A stretch of DNA of 30,832 bases from positions 1 to 30,832 of the forward strand of contig CAYMYT010000002.1 in assembly GCA_964394755.1 (NCBI GenBank), written 5' to 3'. The notes beneath the pieces are model-generated. The model saw only the letters and a list, made by a program, of their open reading frames with translations, was not told where the DNA came from and searched no databases. How positions within the stretch are numbered: position 1 is the first letter of the stretch; the number at the start of each line of letters is the position of its first letter. Source of the DNA: an uncultured archaeon. GTDB lineage: Archaea > Aenigmatarchaeota > Aenigmatarchaeia > GW2011-AR5. Shown here piece after piece: positions 1 through 8,749 of the stretch. Both the position numbers and the translations under genes were made by a program.

Positions 1-1
1 G

Positions 2-466
2 GAAATATTAAAAAAAAGAAAAGATCTAGTATTTGTATTCAAAGGCAGACATTATGATCCAAGACTAATAGCTAAAATCAACAATCTATCAAAAAATAAG
101 AGAATTATTTTTATAACAAAAAAATTCTCAGAATTAGAGCTTGCAAAACTTTACAGTTCTGCTTCTGTGATTATACTTCCATCCAGATATGAAGCCTTTG
201 CTAAAGTTTTGGCAGAAGCACAAGCATGCGCTACACCTGTGGTAGCAACTCGTGTTGGTGGTATACCAGAAGTAGTTAAAGATTGTGAAACAGGATTTCT
301 TGTTCAATATGGAAATTGGAATGAAATGAAAGAAAAAATAGAATTTTTAGTGGATAATCCTGATATTTCAAAAAGAATGGGTATTGCAGGACGGAATTAT
401 GTCATTAAGAATTTTGAGACTGAAATGATTATTGACAGACTAGTTGATATATATGAAAAACTGTAA
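2..466 (+). CDS. Glycosyltransferase family 4 (GT-B), C-terminal part; 5' truncated by window edge
   Basis: Frame is open from base 2 (EILKKRKDLVFVFKG...). GT4 signature ILPSRYEAFAKVLAEAQACATPVVATRVGGIPEVV (E-x7-E), plus GFLV and MGIAGR. Confidence 0.93.
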   Translation, partial: EILKKRKDLVFVFKGRHYDPRLIAKINNLSKNKRIIFITKKFSELELAKLYSSASVIILPSRYEAFAKVLAEAQACATPVVATRVGGIPEVVKDCETGFLVQYGNWNEMKEKIEFLVDNPDISKRMGIAGRNYVIKNFETEMIIDRLVDIYEKL

Positions 467-1388
467 GATCGTGATAACTTCTCCAGATTACTACCCAGAG
501 GAGTGTCGCAAAATCCTAAGAAAAATAGGAAACGTTGTGATTACAGATAAGTCTAATTTAAAAAAAGAAATAGAAAATGCAACAGCATTATTCATAAGGG
601 TTGACACAAGAATAAATTCTTCTATTCTAAAAAGGGCAAAAAAACTTCGTGTAATAGCATCTGCCACCACTGGTATTGATCATATAGATGTGGAATACGC
701 TGGGAAAAAAGGTATAAAGATTATACATTTACATGGCAGTCATAGTGGGCCAACAGCAGAATTAGCATTTGCGAGTATGCTCACATTAGCACGCAGAATT
801 CCGTGGGCAAACAATTCTGTACTAAAAGGAGAATGGAAGCGAGAAAAGTATATAGGTACTAGTACTGAAGGAAAAATACTTGGAATCATTGGCCTTGGTA
901 GGATAGGCAGTAGAGTTGCATCATATGGAAAAATGCTAGGTATGAAAATACTAGTCTACGACCCATATGTAAAAAATGATGTGATTAAGCAGTTTGGAAG
1001 CAGTGTAGGATTTACTGAATTATTAAAGTCATCAGACTTCATATCACTACACACCCCACTTACAAATGAAACAAATGGCATGATAAATGAATCTGCACTT
1101 CGTAGTATGAAATCTTCTGCATTCATAATAAATACATCGCGTGGTGCAGTAATCAAAGAAGACGCACTTCTAAAAGCACTCTCAAAAAAATGGATATCTG
1201 GAGCCTCTTTAGATGTTTTTATCGATGAACCACTATCCACTAAAAGTAAATTAATTGCATATGCAAAAAGTAATGAAAATCTCCTTCTAACGCCACATAT
1301 AGGAGCATCTACAAAAGAAGCTATTTCAGATGTCTCGACGTTATTGGCAAAACAAGTTATAGAAATCTTGCATTCCACTAGTCTGTGA
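453..1388 (+). CDS. D-isomer-specific 2-hydroxyacid dehydrogenase (phosphoglycerate dehydrogenase-like, no ACT domain)
   Basis: TGIDHID, GIIGLGRIG Rossmann motif, INTSRG, LDVFIDEP, LTPHIGAST. ATG at 453 overlaps the end of the GT4 gene. Confidence 0.9.
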   Translation: MKNCKIVITSPDYYPEECRKILRKIGNVVITDKSNLKKEIENATALFIRVDTRINSSILKRAKKLRVIASATTGIDHIDVEYAGKKGIKIIHLHGSHSGPTAELAFASMLTLARRIPWANNSVLKGEWKREKYIGTSTEGKILGIIGLGRIGSRVASYGKMLGMKILVYDPYVKNDVIKQFGSSVGFTELLKSSDFISLHTPLTNETNGMINESALRSMKSSAFIINTSRGAVIKEDALLKALSKKWISGASLDVFIDEPLSTKSKLIAYAKSNENLLLTPHIGASTKEAISDVSTLLAKQVIEILHSTSL

Positions 1389-1406
1389 TTGGTGGTGGAA
1401 TGCGAG

Positions 1407-1446
1407 ATGTAAGAACCATAAGTTTGTGACCATTGGTTCTTCACAT
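1407..1446. terminator. Stem-loop between convergent genes; possible bidirectional terminator
   Basis: AAGAACCA (1411-1418) pairs with TGGTTCTT (1434-1441), extendable by ATGT/ACAT with one bulge. Confidence 0.35.
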
Positions 1447-1454
1447 ATTAGGTT

Positions 1455-2381
1455 CTACTTCTGATCAATTACGTCCCTAATCCCGTCTTCCAATCTAAAC
1501 TTAGGTTCCCATCCAAGTATTCGCTTTATCTTTGAGATATCAGCCATTTGACTAAATATATAGTTCTTCACAGGCATGGCCAGGTAATTAGGTTTGATAT
1601 TTGTACCAAGTATATTATTAAGAATTGCTATAACCTGATTAAGTGTGTAGCACTCTCCTGTACCAACATTTAGAACATCTCCTCCAAGATTTTTCTTGGA
1701 TTCAAGAGCCATTACATTTGCCATAGCCACATCCTTCGAATATACAAAATCTCTTGTTTGGCTGCCATCACCATATATTTCAGGCTTCTCTCCTTTCTGC
1801 ATAGCCCACAAAAACTGTGATACCAGATTAGCATATATTCCCTTTGCTTTTTCATTTCCCCCATAAATAGACATATATCTAAAACCTACAGTTTCAAGTC
1901 CATAAACTTGAGAAAAAATCAAGGCAGAATGCTCGTTACTCATTTTTGTAGCAGCATAGAAATTTGGTGGCACAACTTTCATGTCCTCTCTAAGCGGCGG
2001 TTGTAAATTACCATATATTGAACTCGTAGATGCATACACAACACGCTTAACATTATTTTCTACAGATGCCTTAAGCAAAATATGAAATCCATCTACATTC
2101 ACTGCAACAGATGCCCTAAGCTTATCAAGGGAAAACATTGGTGAAGAACTGGCAGCAGCCTGATGACATATTGCATCAACACCCTTGGTGATTTTGTTCA
2201 CCAGATTTTCATCTGTAATCGACCCTTCCACAAGATCAACTTTATTCATCACTTGCGATAGATTTTCTTTTCTCCCCAAGAAAAAATTATCAATACCTAT
2301 AACTTCGTGGCCCCTATCTACGAGCATTTCGCATATATTGCTTCCTATAAAACCAGCAGCGCCTGTAACAAGTACTTTCAT
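1455..2381 (-). CDS. NAD-dependent nucleotide-sugar epimerase/dehydratase (extended SDR)
   Basis: MKVLVTGAAGFIGS, HQAA, YASTSSIYG, YAATK catalytic motif, GDGSQTRDFVY. ATG at 2381 follows the upstream stop. Confidence 0.93.
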   Translation of the reverse strand: MKVLVTGAAGFIGSNICEMLVDRGHEVIGIDNFFLGRKENLSQVMNKVDLVEGSITDENLVNKITKGVDAICHQAAASSSPMFSLDKLRASVAVNVDGFHILLKASVENNVKRVVYASTSSIYGNLQPPLREDMKVVPPNFYAATKMSNEHSALIFSQVYGLETVGFRYMSIYGGNEKAKGIYANLVSQFLWAMQKGEKPEIYGDGSQTRDFVYSKDVAMANVMALESKKNLGGDVLNVGTGECYTLNQVIAILNNILGTNIKPNYLAMPVKNYIFSQMADISKIKRILGWEPKFRLEDGIRDVIDQK

Positions 2382-2382
2382 A

Positions 2383-3318
2383 TTATACCAATTCTCCAAC
2401 AAGTTCTTTCACAGTCCTTTTGACTGTCTGCAACGAATTAGATTTTGATTTCCATCCAAGGCCTTTTATTTTATCGATAGCAAGAAAAGTTTTTGGTATA
2501 TCTCCGATCCACCCACGGTCGCCTCCTGTGTATGTTTTTTTCACATTCTTTAGTTTCATTTCTTCAATAACTATGTCTGCAATATTATTTACGTCGAGCT
2601 TGTCGTCATTACCAAGATTGAAAATATTAACATCATCATTAGATTTTTCAATCGCGAACTGCATGCAGTCTATGCACTCGTCTATATACAAATAAGATTT
2701 TTCCTGTTTACCATCACCCAATATAAGAAGACTTTTAGGATCTTCCTTCAGCTTCAGTATAAAATCATGGATTGCACCCCTTCTATGCCTTGGCCCTACT
2801 ATGTTAGCAAATCTGAATATCCACACACGAAAACCAAAACTCTTGGCATAGCATTCTATTGCAGCCTCGTCAGCAATCTTCGAAGCAGCATAAAGTGAAA
2901 TAGGCACAATTGAATGGTTTTCAGGTGTTGGAATAGTAGCTTCACCATAAACAGTCGAACTTGAAGAAAATGCCATTTTATTTACATTGTTATGACGCAT
3001 AGCTTCAAGCAGGTTGTACGTACCCAATACATTATTCTCAAGATCTACTCTTGTCTCTTCCATTCCTTTTCTTATGTCAGCATTTGCAGCCAAATGCCAA
3101 ACCATATCTTGTCCCTTAGTGATATTTTTTAGCAAATCTATATCTCTTATATCTCCTCGAACAAATCTGAAATTTTTATTATTCATGTGCTTCTCTATGT
3201 TGCTAGGCCTACCACTGCTCATATTATCAATTACTGTAACATAGTGTCCTTCTCTCAGGAGTCGGTCTACTAGATGCGATCCAATGAATCCTGCGCCGCC
3301 TGTTATCAGTACTTTCAT
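2383..3318 (-). CDS. NAD-dependent nucleotide-sugar epimerase (UDP-glucose 4-epimerase-like SDR)
   Basis: MKVLITGGAGFIGSH, HLAA, FSSSSTVYG, YAASK, RFANIVG, GDGKQEKSY. ATGA overlap with the upstream stop. Confidence 0.93.
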   Translation of the reverse strand: MKVLITGGAGFIGSHLVDRLLREGHYVTVIDNMSSGRPSNIEKHMNNKNFRFVRGDIRDIDLLKNITKGQDMVWHLAANADIRKGMEETRVDLENNVLGTYNLLEAMRHNNVNKMAFSSSSTVYGEATIPTPENHSIVPISLYAASKIADEAAIECYAKSFGFRVWIFRFANIVGPRHRRGAIHDFILKLKEDPKSLLILGDGKQEKSYLYIDECIDCMQFAIEKSNDDVNIFNLGNDDKLDVNNIADIVIEEMKLKNVKKTYTGGDRGWIGDIPKTFLAIDKIKGLGWKSKSNSLQTVKRTVKELVGELV

Positions 3319-4577
3319 ATTAACCACTTTTCATTCATAACGTCATTCTGTACCTGTTCATAACGCTTGTGCGTACCCATATCTCTTATGTAATCTTTGC
3401 TCTGAAGTCCATAGAATGGTTTTTTTATACCACCAATTATGCTATGTTCAATACTACCACTATTACTCAAAATATTAATAAAACCCTTTTTGAAGGCGAA
3501 AATACCTGTTATCCCCATAATCTTATCCTCATTTTTCATTACAAACTTACCCTTTGGTACAATACTAGTTATTCTATCTCCATCAAGTACCACACTATCG
3601 CTATCCATTGGGTGATCTGTTTCTCTTATAACAAGAGTTCCAATTCCATCATTTTTAACATGAAAATTTATTAGTTGAGATAAATCCATATTAGTAGCAA
3701 TATCTCCATTCAAAACAACAAAATCATTGGCTATCAGATTTTTCGCAGCTTTTAAGGCTGGTGCAGTACCAATTCCTAGGTCTTTTGAGTACTTTACTTT
3801 TATACCGCGTCTCTTTTTTAAGAATAATTTAATAGCGTCGAATTTATAAGAACCGCATATTATAACTTCATTAATTCCGTGTTTTTCTAATAGTCTTAGC
3901 TGCCATTCAAGAAGAGGCCTACCACCAATTGGCATCAATGGTTTTGGTATCTTATCTGTAAGTGGTTTCAAGCGCTCACCGCGCCCACCAACAAGAATAA
4001 CAGCCTTGATCATAACAAGTCTCTTTACAAGTTTTGCAGCCTCACCGATATTTTCACAGGTAAAATCAGGCTTTTCATCGAACACACCGTCTTTACCAGC
4101 ATTACCAGTCTCCACAAGTATTGCTTTGCATCCCGCATTTTTTGCAGCTGCGATATCCGATGTAGAATCTCCGACAAAAAAACATTGGCTTAGATCAAGA
4201 GAAAATCTTTTCGCAGCTTCTTGAAGCATGCCTGGCTTAGGTTTTCTACATTCACATTCGATACGATATCGCATAGCACTTTCAGGTATATCTTCATGAT
4301 GGCTTTCTGGATGATGAGGACAGTAGTATATGGCATCTAATTTTGCAGGTTCAAGCATCTTTCTTAGGCGTTTATGTATTTTATCCAATCCTTCTTCAGT
4401 TGTAATGCCACGCGCAACAACAGGTTGATTTGTGATAATGATAACCTTTATTCCGATTTTGTTCATATCACGTATCGCTTTCGAAGCACCCCTAATTATT
4501 TTTATGTGTTTGGGGTCACTGATAAGACTTGTTGATTTTGTAACGACACCATCTCTATCTAAAAAAATCGCTCTCAC
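3315..4577 (-). CDS. Fusion: heptose-1,7-bisphosphate phosphatase (GmhB, HAD-IIIA) + sugar-1-phosphate nucleotidyltransferase (HddC-like)
   Basis: N-terminal FLDRDGV, ITNQ, YYCPHHP...CECRKPKPGM, FVGDSTSD. From about 4013: AVILVGGRGERLKPLTDKIPKPL, LNGD, DMGT. GTG at 4577 gives a GTGA overlap (ORF track starts at 4586). Confidence 0.9.
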   Translation of the reverse strand: MRAIFLDRDGVVTKSTSLISDPKHIKIIRGASKAIRDMNKIGIKVIIITNQPVVARGITTEEGLDKIHKRLRKMLEPAKLDAIYYCPHHPESHHEDIPESAMRYRIECECRKPKPGMLQEAAKRFSLDLSQCFFVGDSTSDIAAAKNAGCKAILVETGNAGKDGVFDEKPDFTCENIGEAAKLVKRLVMIKAVILVGGRGERLKPLTDKIPKPLMPIGGRPLLEWQLRLLEKHGINEVIICGSYKFDAIKLFLKKRRGIKVKYSKDLGIGTAPALKAAKNLIANDFVVLNGDIATNMDLSQLINFHVKNDGIGTLVIRETDHPMDSDSVVLDGDRITSIVPKGKFVMKNEDKIMGITGIFAFKKGFINILSNSGSIEHSIIGGIKKPFYGLQSKDYIRDMGTHKRYEQVQNDVMNEKWLI

Positions 4578-5365
4578 AGCCACCACATCTTAGCATAAGT
4601 CAAAATATCGCGTACTGCCCCTTCTTCACAATTAAGTGAAGAAGTATATCCACGTTTCTCGAATTTCTCGACAGTTCTTTTTATGTCATCAGTAGAATCT
4701 CTAGGACATGCAGCATAGCCGTCAGGAATAGCATTCATCATATCGATATCTGTATGCCCGGAGTAACCTGCTGCAAAAACGTTTTCTGATTTGACGCCAA
4801 AATCATTCATGAAATATTCAACAGCATGTCCTTTTGTTACTGGCAGTACAATATCAATAGCATATCCAGCATTTTTCGTCATTAACTTACCTCTTTGAAG
4901 TGCATCTTTCAATGCTGGGCTTTTAGATTTAAGTATCTCCAGTAATTTTCCGGTATCGCTGCCATTAGTAATGTAAGTTATCATTGCTTCTTTATCCTCC
5001 AGAGGCCCCTCTAATTTCTCAAATCCTGCTATTTCACTTATTTCACCGTTTAATTCTGAAAGATCGTTGCGTACCCTTTTCAAAGATTCTAATGAACTAT
5101 AAAACTGCGGATAAATTTTATGAACTTTTCTGAGCCTTCCATCATTGTATATAATTGCACCATGTTCAAATGCAGCACCAGAAACTTTGTATGTATCAAA
5201 TATAGATTTTGAATTTTCGTAAGACTGACCTGTTATCGGAACTAAATTTATTTTAGTATCATAAAAAAATTGATTAACAAAATCAACTTCGACAAATTTA
5301 TTTGTCTTCGGATCTCTAAGAAAACCATCTATGTCAAATGCACACATTTTTATTTTATCGTTCAT
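4574..5365 (-). CDS. HAD-IIB (Cof/phosphoglycolate phosphatase-like) hydrolase, divergent
   Basis: AFDIDG motif I, ITG motif II, FEHGAIIY, TKGHAV motif III; motif IV-like AAGYSGHTDIDMM. Confidence 0.75.
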   Translation of the reverse strand: MNDKIKMCAFDIDGFLRDPKTNKFVEVDFVNQFFYDTKINLVPITGQSYENSKSIFDTYKVSGAAFEHGAIIYNDGRLRKVHKIYPQFYSSLESLKRVRNDLSELNGEISEIAGFEKLEGPLEDKEAMITYITNGSDTGKLLEILKSKSPALKDALQRGKLMTKNAGYAIDIVLPVTKGHAVEYFMNDFGVKSENVFAAGYSGHTDIDMMNAIPDGYAACPRDSTDDIKRTVEKFEKRGYTSSLNCEEGAVRDILTYAKMWWL

Positions 5366-5395
5366 TTTCTACCGTACCTTTTTCACATTTTTCAT

Positions 5396-6979
5396 TTACC
5401 TATCATATCCATAAAGTTCATTCTCAACAAGCTCGCATACAACATGTCCTATAAGTATGTGTCCTTCCTGTACCCTCTCTGTTTTATGATGTGGCAACTT
5501 CAATGAAATATCTATTATTCCATTTTCATCACATAGTTGGCTTATCATACCGCCATCTTTTCCAGTAAAATAAACAACAGTAGCGCCTATTTCCTTTGCT
5601 TTTTCCAATCCTCTTAATACACTAACAGCTTTCCCGCTTGTGCTTATTCCTATAACTATATCTCTGGGACTGGCAAGAAATTCTATTTGTCGTGTAAATA
5701 CATCATCATAAGACGAATCATTGGCTATTGCTGTTAGAACAGATGAATTTACTGTTAGGGCTATAGCATTCAACATTGGTCTTTCAATCTTAAATCTATT
5801 TACAAGCTCTGCAGCTATATGTTGCGCATCAGCTGCAGACCCACCATTTCCAAAAATAATAACCTTACCATCATTTTTGTAGCACTCTACTATGCTGTTT
5901 GTCAGACGATCGATATTTTCCATTAAATTTTCGTCAATCAACATAGTCTCCATCATAGAAGTGTGCTCTAATATCCTTTCATTTATCCGCACTTTGTAAT
6001 CTTTTGACTGGTGACGTCTTTCAAATCTATATCTTATCTGTTTTGCACCTAATTTCTCCAAAGCTCTCAACACTTCCTCTCTTTTTCCTGGACAAAAGAA
6101 AAGGGCAGAACCACCTGCACCTGAACCTATAAACCTGCCACCTAAAGCCCCTGCATTCAATGCAGTATCGTAAATTCTATCTAAACTGCTATTCGAAATT
6201 CCTGGTGCCAATTGTTTTTTAATTTTCCAGTCAAAATGCAAAATACTACCAATCTCGCCGAAATTTCTTTTTTCCATACAGTCCTTCAACCGCTGTATAT
6301 TTTCTCGTTTCATAATCATTATAGGAATACTTTTCTGGCTTCTTTCTCTCTGTTCATGGTGAATAGTACTCCCTTCACCATCTCTCGGGACATAAACAAG
6401 GATTATACTTTCTTCAAGAAATTCAAGATCACGACCATTAAGTTTTATTGGTGTTACATTAACAGACCCATTAACAAATTCCATATAGTTTATTCCACCA
6501 TATGCAGAAGCCCACTGATCCTGATATCCACCCTCTATTCCCGCCACATTTCTTTCAATCTGATAGGCAAGCCTGGCAACATCATCCTCATTCCTACGAA
6601 TTCCATTAAAATTATCAAAAGCTCTTATCAGTGCAATACAGTGAGCTGCACTACCACCAAGACCGCTTTCAAGTGGTGCATCTGTATGTGTTACAACCTC
6701 TATTCCACTATTACCATAATGTCTTGCAACAATTTTTGCTAAATTCAGTGTTCTTTCACCAAGACAAACGTCCTCAATAGAATCAAATTCTTCTACTTTT
6801 CCTGCTTCCAGAGAACGAAAAACTACTTTATTATCATTTCTTTTATGTATTTCACAGTAAGAATAAAGATCTATTGTAGCATTAATTCCGTTGCCCCATC
6901 CAATTAGATCCGTATAGTAATTTGTATCGCCGCATGTTCCGAAAGATATTCGCACCGGAGCTTTTCCTTTAGATATCAT
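5396..6979 (-). CDS. Fusion: heptose-7-phosphate kinase (HddA-like GHMP kinase) + phosphoheptose isomerase (GmhA, SIS)
   Basis: N-terminal APVRISF, PLESGLGGSAA, GGYQDQW..YGG, GALGGRFIGSGAGG. C-terminal, from about 6000: FGNGGSAADAQHIAAEL, LTAIAND, GISTSG, RVQEGH..GH. Confidence 0.9.
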   Translation of the reverse strand: MISKGKAPVRISFGTCGDTNYYTDLIGWGNGINATIDLYSYCEIHKRNDNKVVFRSLEAGKVEEFDSIEDVCLGERTLNLAKIVARHYGNSGIEVVTHTDAPLESGLGGSAAHCIALIRAFDNFNGIRRNEDDVARLAYQIERNVAGIEGGYQDQWASAYGGINYMEFVNGSVNVTPIKLNGRDLEFLEESIILVYVPRDGEGSTIHHEQRERSQKSIPIMIMKRENIQRLKDCMEKRNFGEIGSILHFDWKIKKQLAPGISNSSLDRIYDTALNAGALGGRFIGSGAGGSALFFCPGKREEVLRALEKLGAKQIRYRFERRHQSKDYKVRINERILEHTSMMETMLIDENLMENIDRLTNSIVECYKNDGKVIIFGNGGSAADAQHIAAELVNRFKIERPMLNAIALTVNSSVLTAIANDSSYDDVFTRQIEFLASPRDIVIGISTSGKAVSVLRGLEKAKEIGATVVYFTGKDGGMISQLCDENGIIDISLKLPHHKTERVQEGHILIGHVVCELVENELYGYDR

Positions 6980-7020
6980 TTAACCTACCACATTATACTA
7001 TTAGACAATTGTAATTTTTC

Positions 7021-7028
7021 TTTAAATA
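7021..7028 (+). promoter_or_regulatory. TATA box (TTTAAATA) in the divergent heptose-operon / ROK intergenic region
   Basis: Matches the archaeal TATA consensus, about 42 nt from both divergent start codons; the TTTAAA core is symmetric. Confidence 0.55.
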
Positions 7029-7035
7029 TTTTAGA

Positions 7036-7055
7036 TTTCATACTTTTTCATACTT
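7036..7055. repeat. 10-bp tandem direct repeat TTTCATACTT x2; candidate operator
   Basis: Exact copies at 7036-7045 and 7046-7055, between the TATA box and the ROK start codon. Confidence 0.6.
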
Positions 7056-7069
7056 TTGAGGTTAATGGT

Positions 7070-7924
7070 ATGAAGATTTACGTTGGGCATGACATTGGCG
7101 GAAGCAAATTTATGGTAGCTGCTGCTAATACTAATGGAAAAATTATAAGAAAAATACAAGCACCAACACCAAAGAACTTCGAGGATGGTCTGAAACTCCT
7201 CAAGGGTATGACATACAAAGTAGCAGAGAATAATGATATTATTTCTATAGGTGCTGCATGTGGTGGTCCTCTCGACTGGAAAAAAGGCGTAGTTTCCCCT
7301 CTACACATGCCTTCGTGGAGGAACATAAACCTAAAAATGATAATGGAAAAAGAATTTGCATGTCCATTTTATGTTGATAACGACTGTAATGTTGCAGCAC
7401 TTGGTGAATATAATTTCGGAAAGCATAAGGTAAATAGATTAGTTTACATTACTATTAGCACTGGAATGGGTGGTGCTCTTCTTATCGATGGAAAAATATA
7501 TCGTGGTTTGAACGGTGAACACCCAGAAATAGCACATCAGGCAATTAATCATGAAGTTTCTGGCAATGGTGATATATTTTGTGAGTGTGGTGTTTCAGAC
7601 TGTCTAGAGGGTATTGTTTCTGGAAATGCAATTCGTAGAATATATGGAAAGCCTGCAGAACAACTAGAAGATGAAACATGGAATGAAATAGGTAAAAATA
7701 TTGGAAAAGGCCTTAGAAATATAATAATGTGCTATGCGCCCAACACAATAGTTTTGGGTGGTGGTATTACATACGGTGCAAAAAATAAGTTGTTAAAACC
7801 GATTTTGGATTATACTAAAGAAAATATCAGGTTGGTTCCAATACCAAACATAGTTATGAGCAAATTAGGTTATGAAACTGCATTGGTCGGTGCAATAGCA
7901 TTAGCAATGAGAGGTGTAGATTAG
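7070..7924 (+). CDS. ROK-family sugar kinase
   Basis: HDIGGSK ATP-binding motif, VDNDCNVAALGE, ISTGMGG, EIAH, CECG..DCLE zinc motif; no N-terminal HTH. Confidence 0.92.
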   Translation: MKIYVGHDIGGSKFMVAAANTNGKIIRKIQAPTPKNFEDGLKLLKGMTYKVAENNDIISIGAACGGPLDWKKGVVSPLHMPSWRNINLKMIMEKEFACPFYVDNDCNVAALGEYNFGKHKVNRLVYITISTGMGGALLIDGKIYRGLNGEHPEIAHQAINHEVSGNGDIFCECGVSDCLEGIVSGNAIRRIYGKPAEQLEDETWNEIGKNIGKGLRNIIMCYAPNTIVLGGGITYGAKNKLLKPILDYTKENIRLVPIPNIVMSKLGYETALVGAIALAMRGVD

Positions 7925-8749
7925 ATGACTGAAAGAATAACAATAACCATAAAGAAAGACCTTCTTGCAAACATAGATTCTACAATAGATAAGAAATCTA
8001 TAAAGAATCGTTCGCATGCTGTTGAAAAATTGCTTCTAGAATCGATGGCTAAAAATCAATTAAATACTGTACTCGTCGTAGCAGGTGGCAACGATGCTAA
8101 ACTTGGACCGATAACACACGAAATCCCTAAGCCACTGATACCGATACAGAAAAAACCAGTTCTTGAACATCAGCTTCTGATGTTGAAGAGATCTGGTATA
8201 AAGCACGTTATTGTATCACTGGGACATAGGCATGAAGATGTGATAAAACATTTTGGCAATAGATGGAACGATATAGACATTTCTTACATAGTAGAACAGA
8301 AGCCAATGGGCACAGCATGGTGTCTTGCGCGTGCTAAGGATTACATCGACTCAAGCTTCGGAATGCTTAATGTTGATACACTTGTCAATCCTGACATACA
8401 AGGCATGTACACATTTCACAAATCTCATGGTTCACTGTGCACACTTCTATTACGAACATCACCTGACACAAAAGGCTTTGGTGCAGTGGTTATGCATGGC
8501 AACCGTGTAGTAGATTTCATCGAAAAGCCAAAAAATGTTGCTACAAATCTGATAAGTATAGGTTTCTACATAATGGAACCTGAGGTTATGGATCTTATCC
8601 CGAAGAAAAAATTCATGATCGAACAATTCTTTTCCATGCTTGCAAAAAGAAACCAAATAGCAGGCTTTATGCATGATAAAATGAGTTACGATATAAGCAC
8701 ACCTGAGTGTTACGAACGTGCTATAAAATTCTGGAAAACGATCTTATAG
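7925..8749 (+). CDS. Ribbon-helix-helix (NikR/CopG-like) domain fused to a sugar-phosphate nucleotidyltransferase domain
   Basis: N-terminal ERITITIKKDLLANID...NRSHAVEKLL (RHH pattern), then AGG...PITHEIPKPLIPI, EQKPMGTA, FIEKP, YDISTPE. Confidence 0.85.
   Translation: MTERITITIKKDLLANIDSTIDKKSIKNRSHAVEKLLLESMAKNQLNTVLVVAGGNDAKLGPITHEIPKPLIPIQKKPVLEHQLLMLKRSGIKHVIVSLGHRHEDVIKHFGNRWNDIDISYIVEQKPMGTAWCLARAKDYIDSSFGMLNVDTLVNPDIQGMYTFHKSHGSLCTLLLRTSPDTKGFGAVVMHGNRVVDFIEKPKNVATNLISIGFYIMEPEVMDLIPKKKFMIEQFFSMLAKRNQIAGFMHDKMSYDISTPECYERAIKFWKTIL

Noticed and set aside
956..1444. Antisense and alternate-frame ORFs in the track (e.g. 956-1444, 6212-6742, 21580-21981, 27255-27695, 28408-28938)
   Set aside because: They are shadows of well-supported genes and have no recognisable motifs.
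2371..3322. Identical 15-nt stretch at the starts of the two epimerase genes
   Set aside because: Largely explained by the shared MKVL start of paralogs; too short to support conversion.
5363..5395. In-frame upstream ATG and TAG (MKNVKKVR*KM) before the HAD-IIB gene, suggesting amber readthrough
   Set aside because: TAG is an ordinary stop in several genes here (ROK, RHH fusion, rtcA), and the extension adds no recognisable domain.
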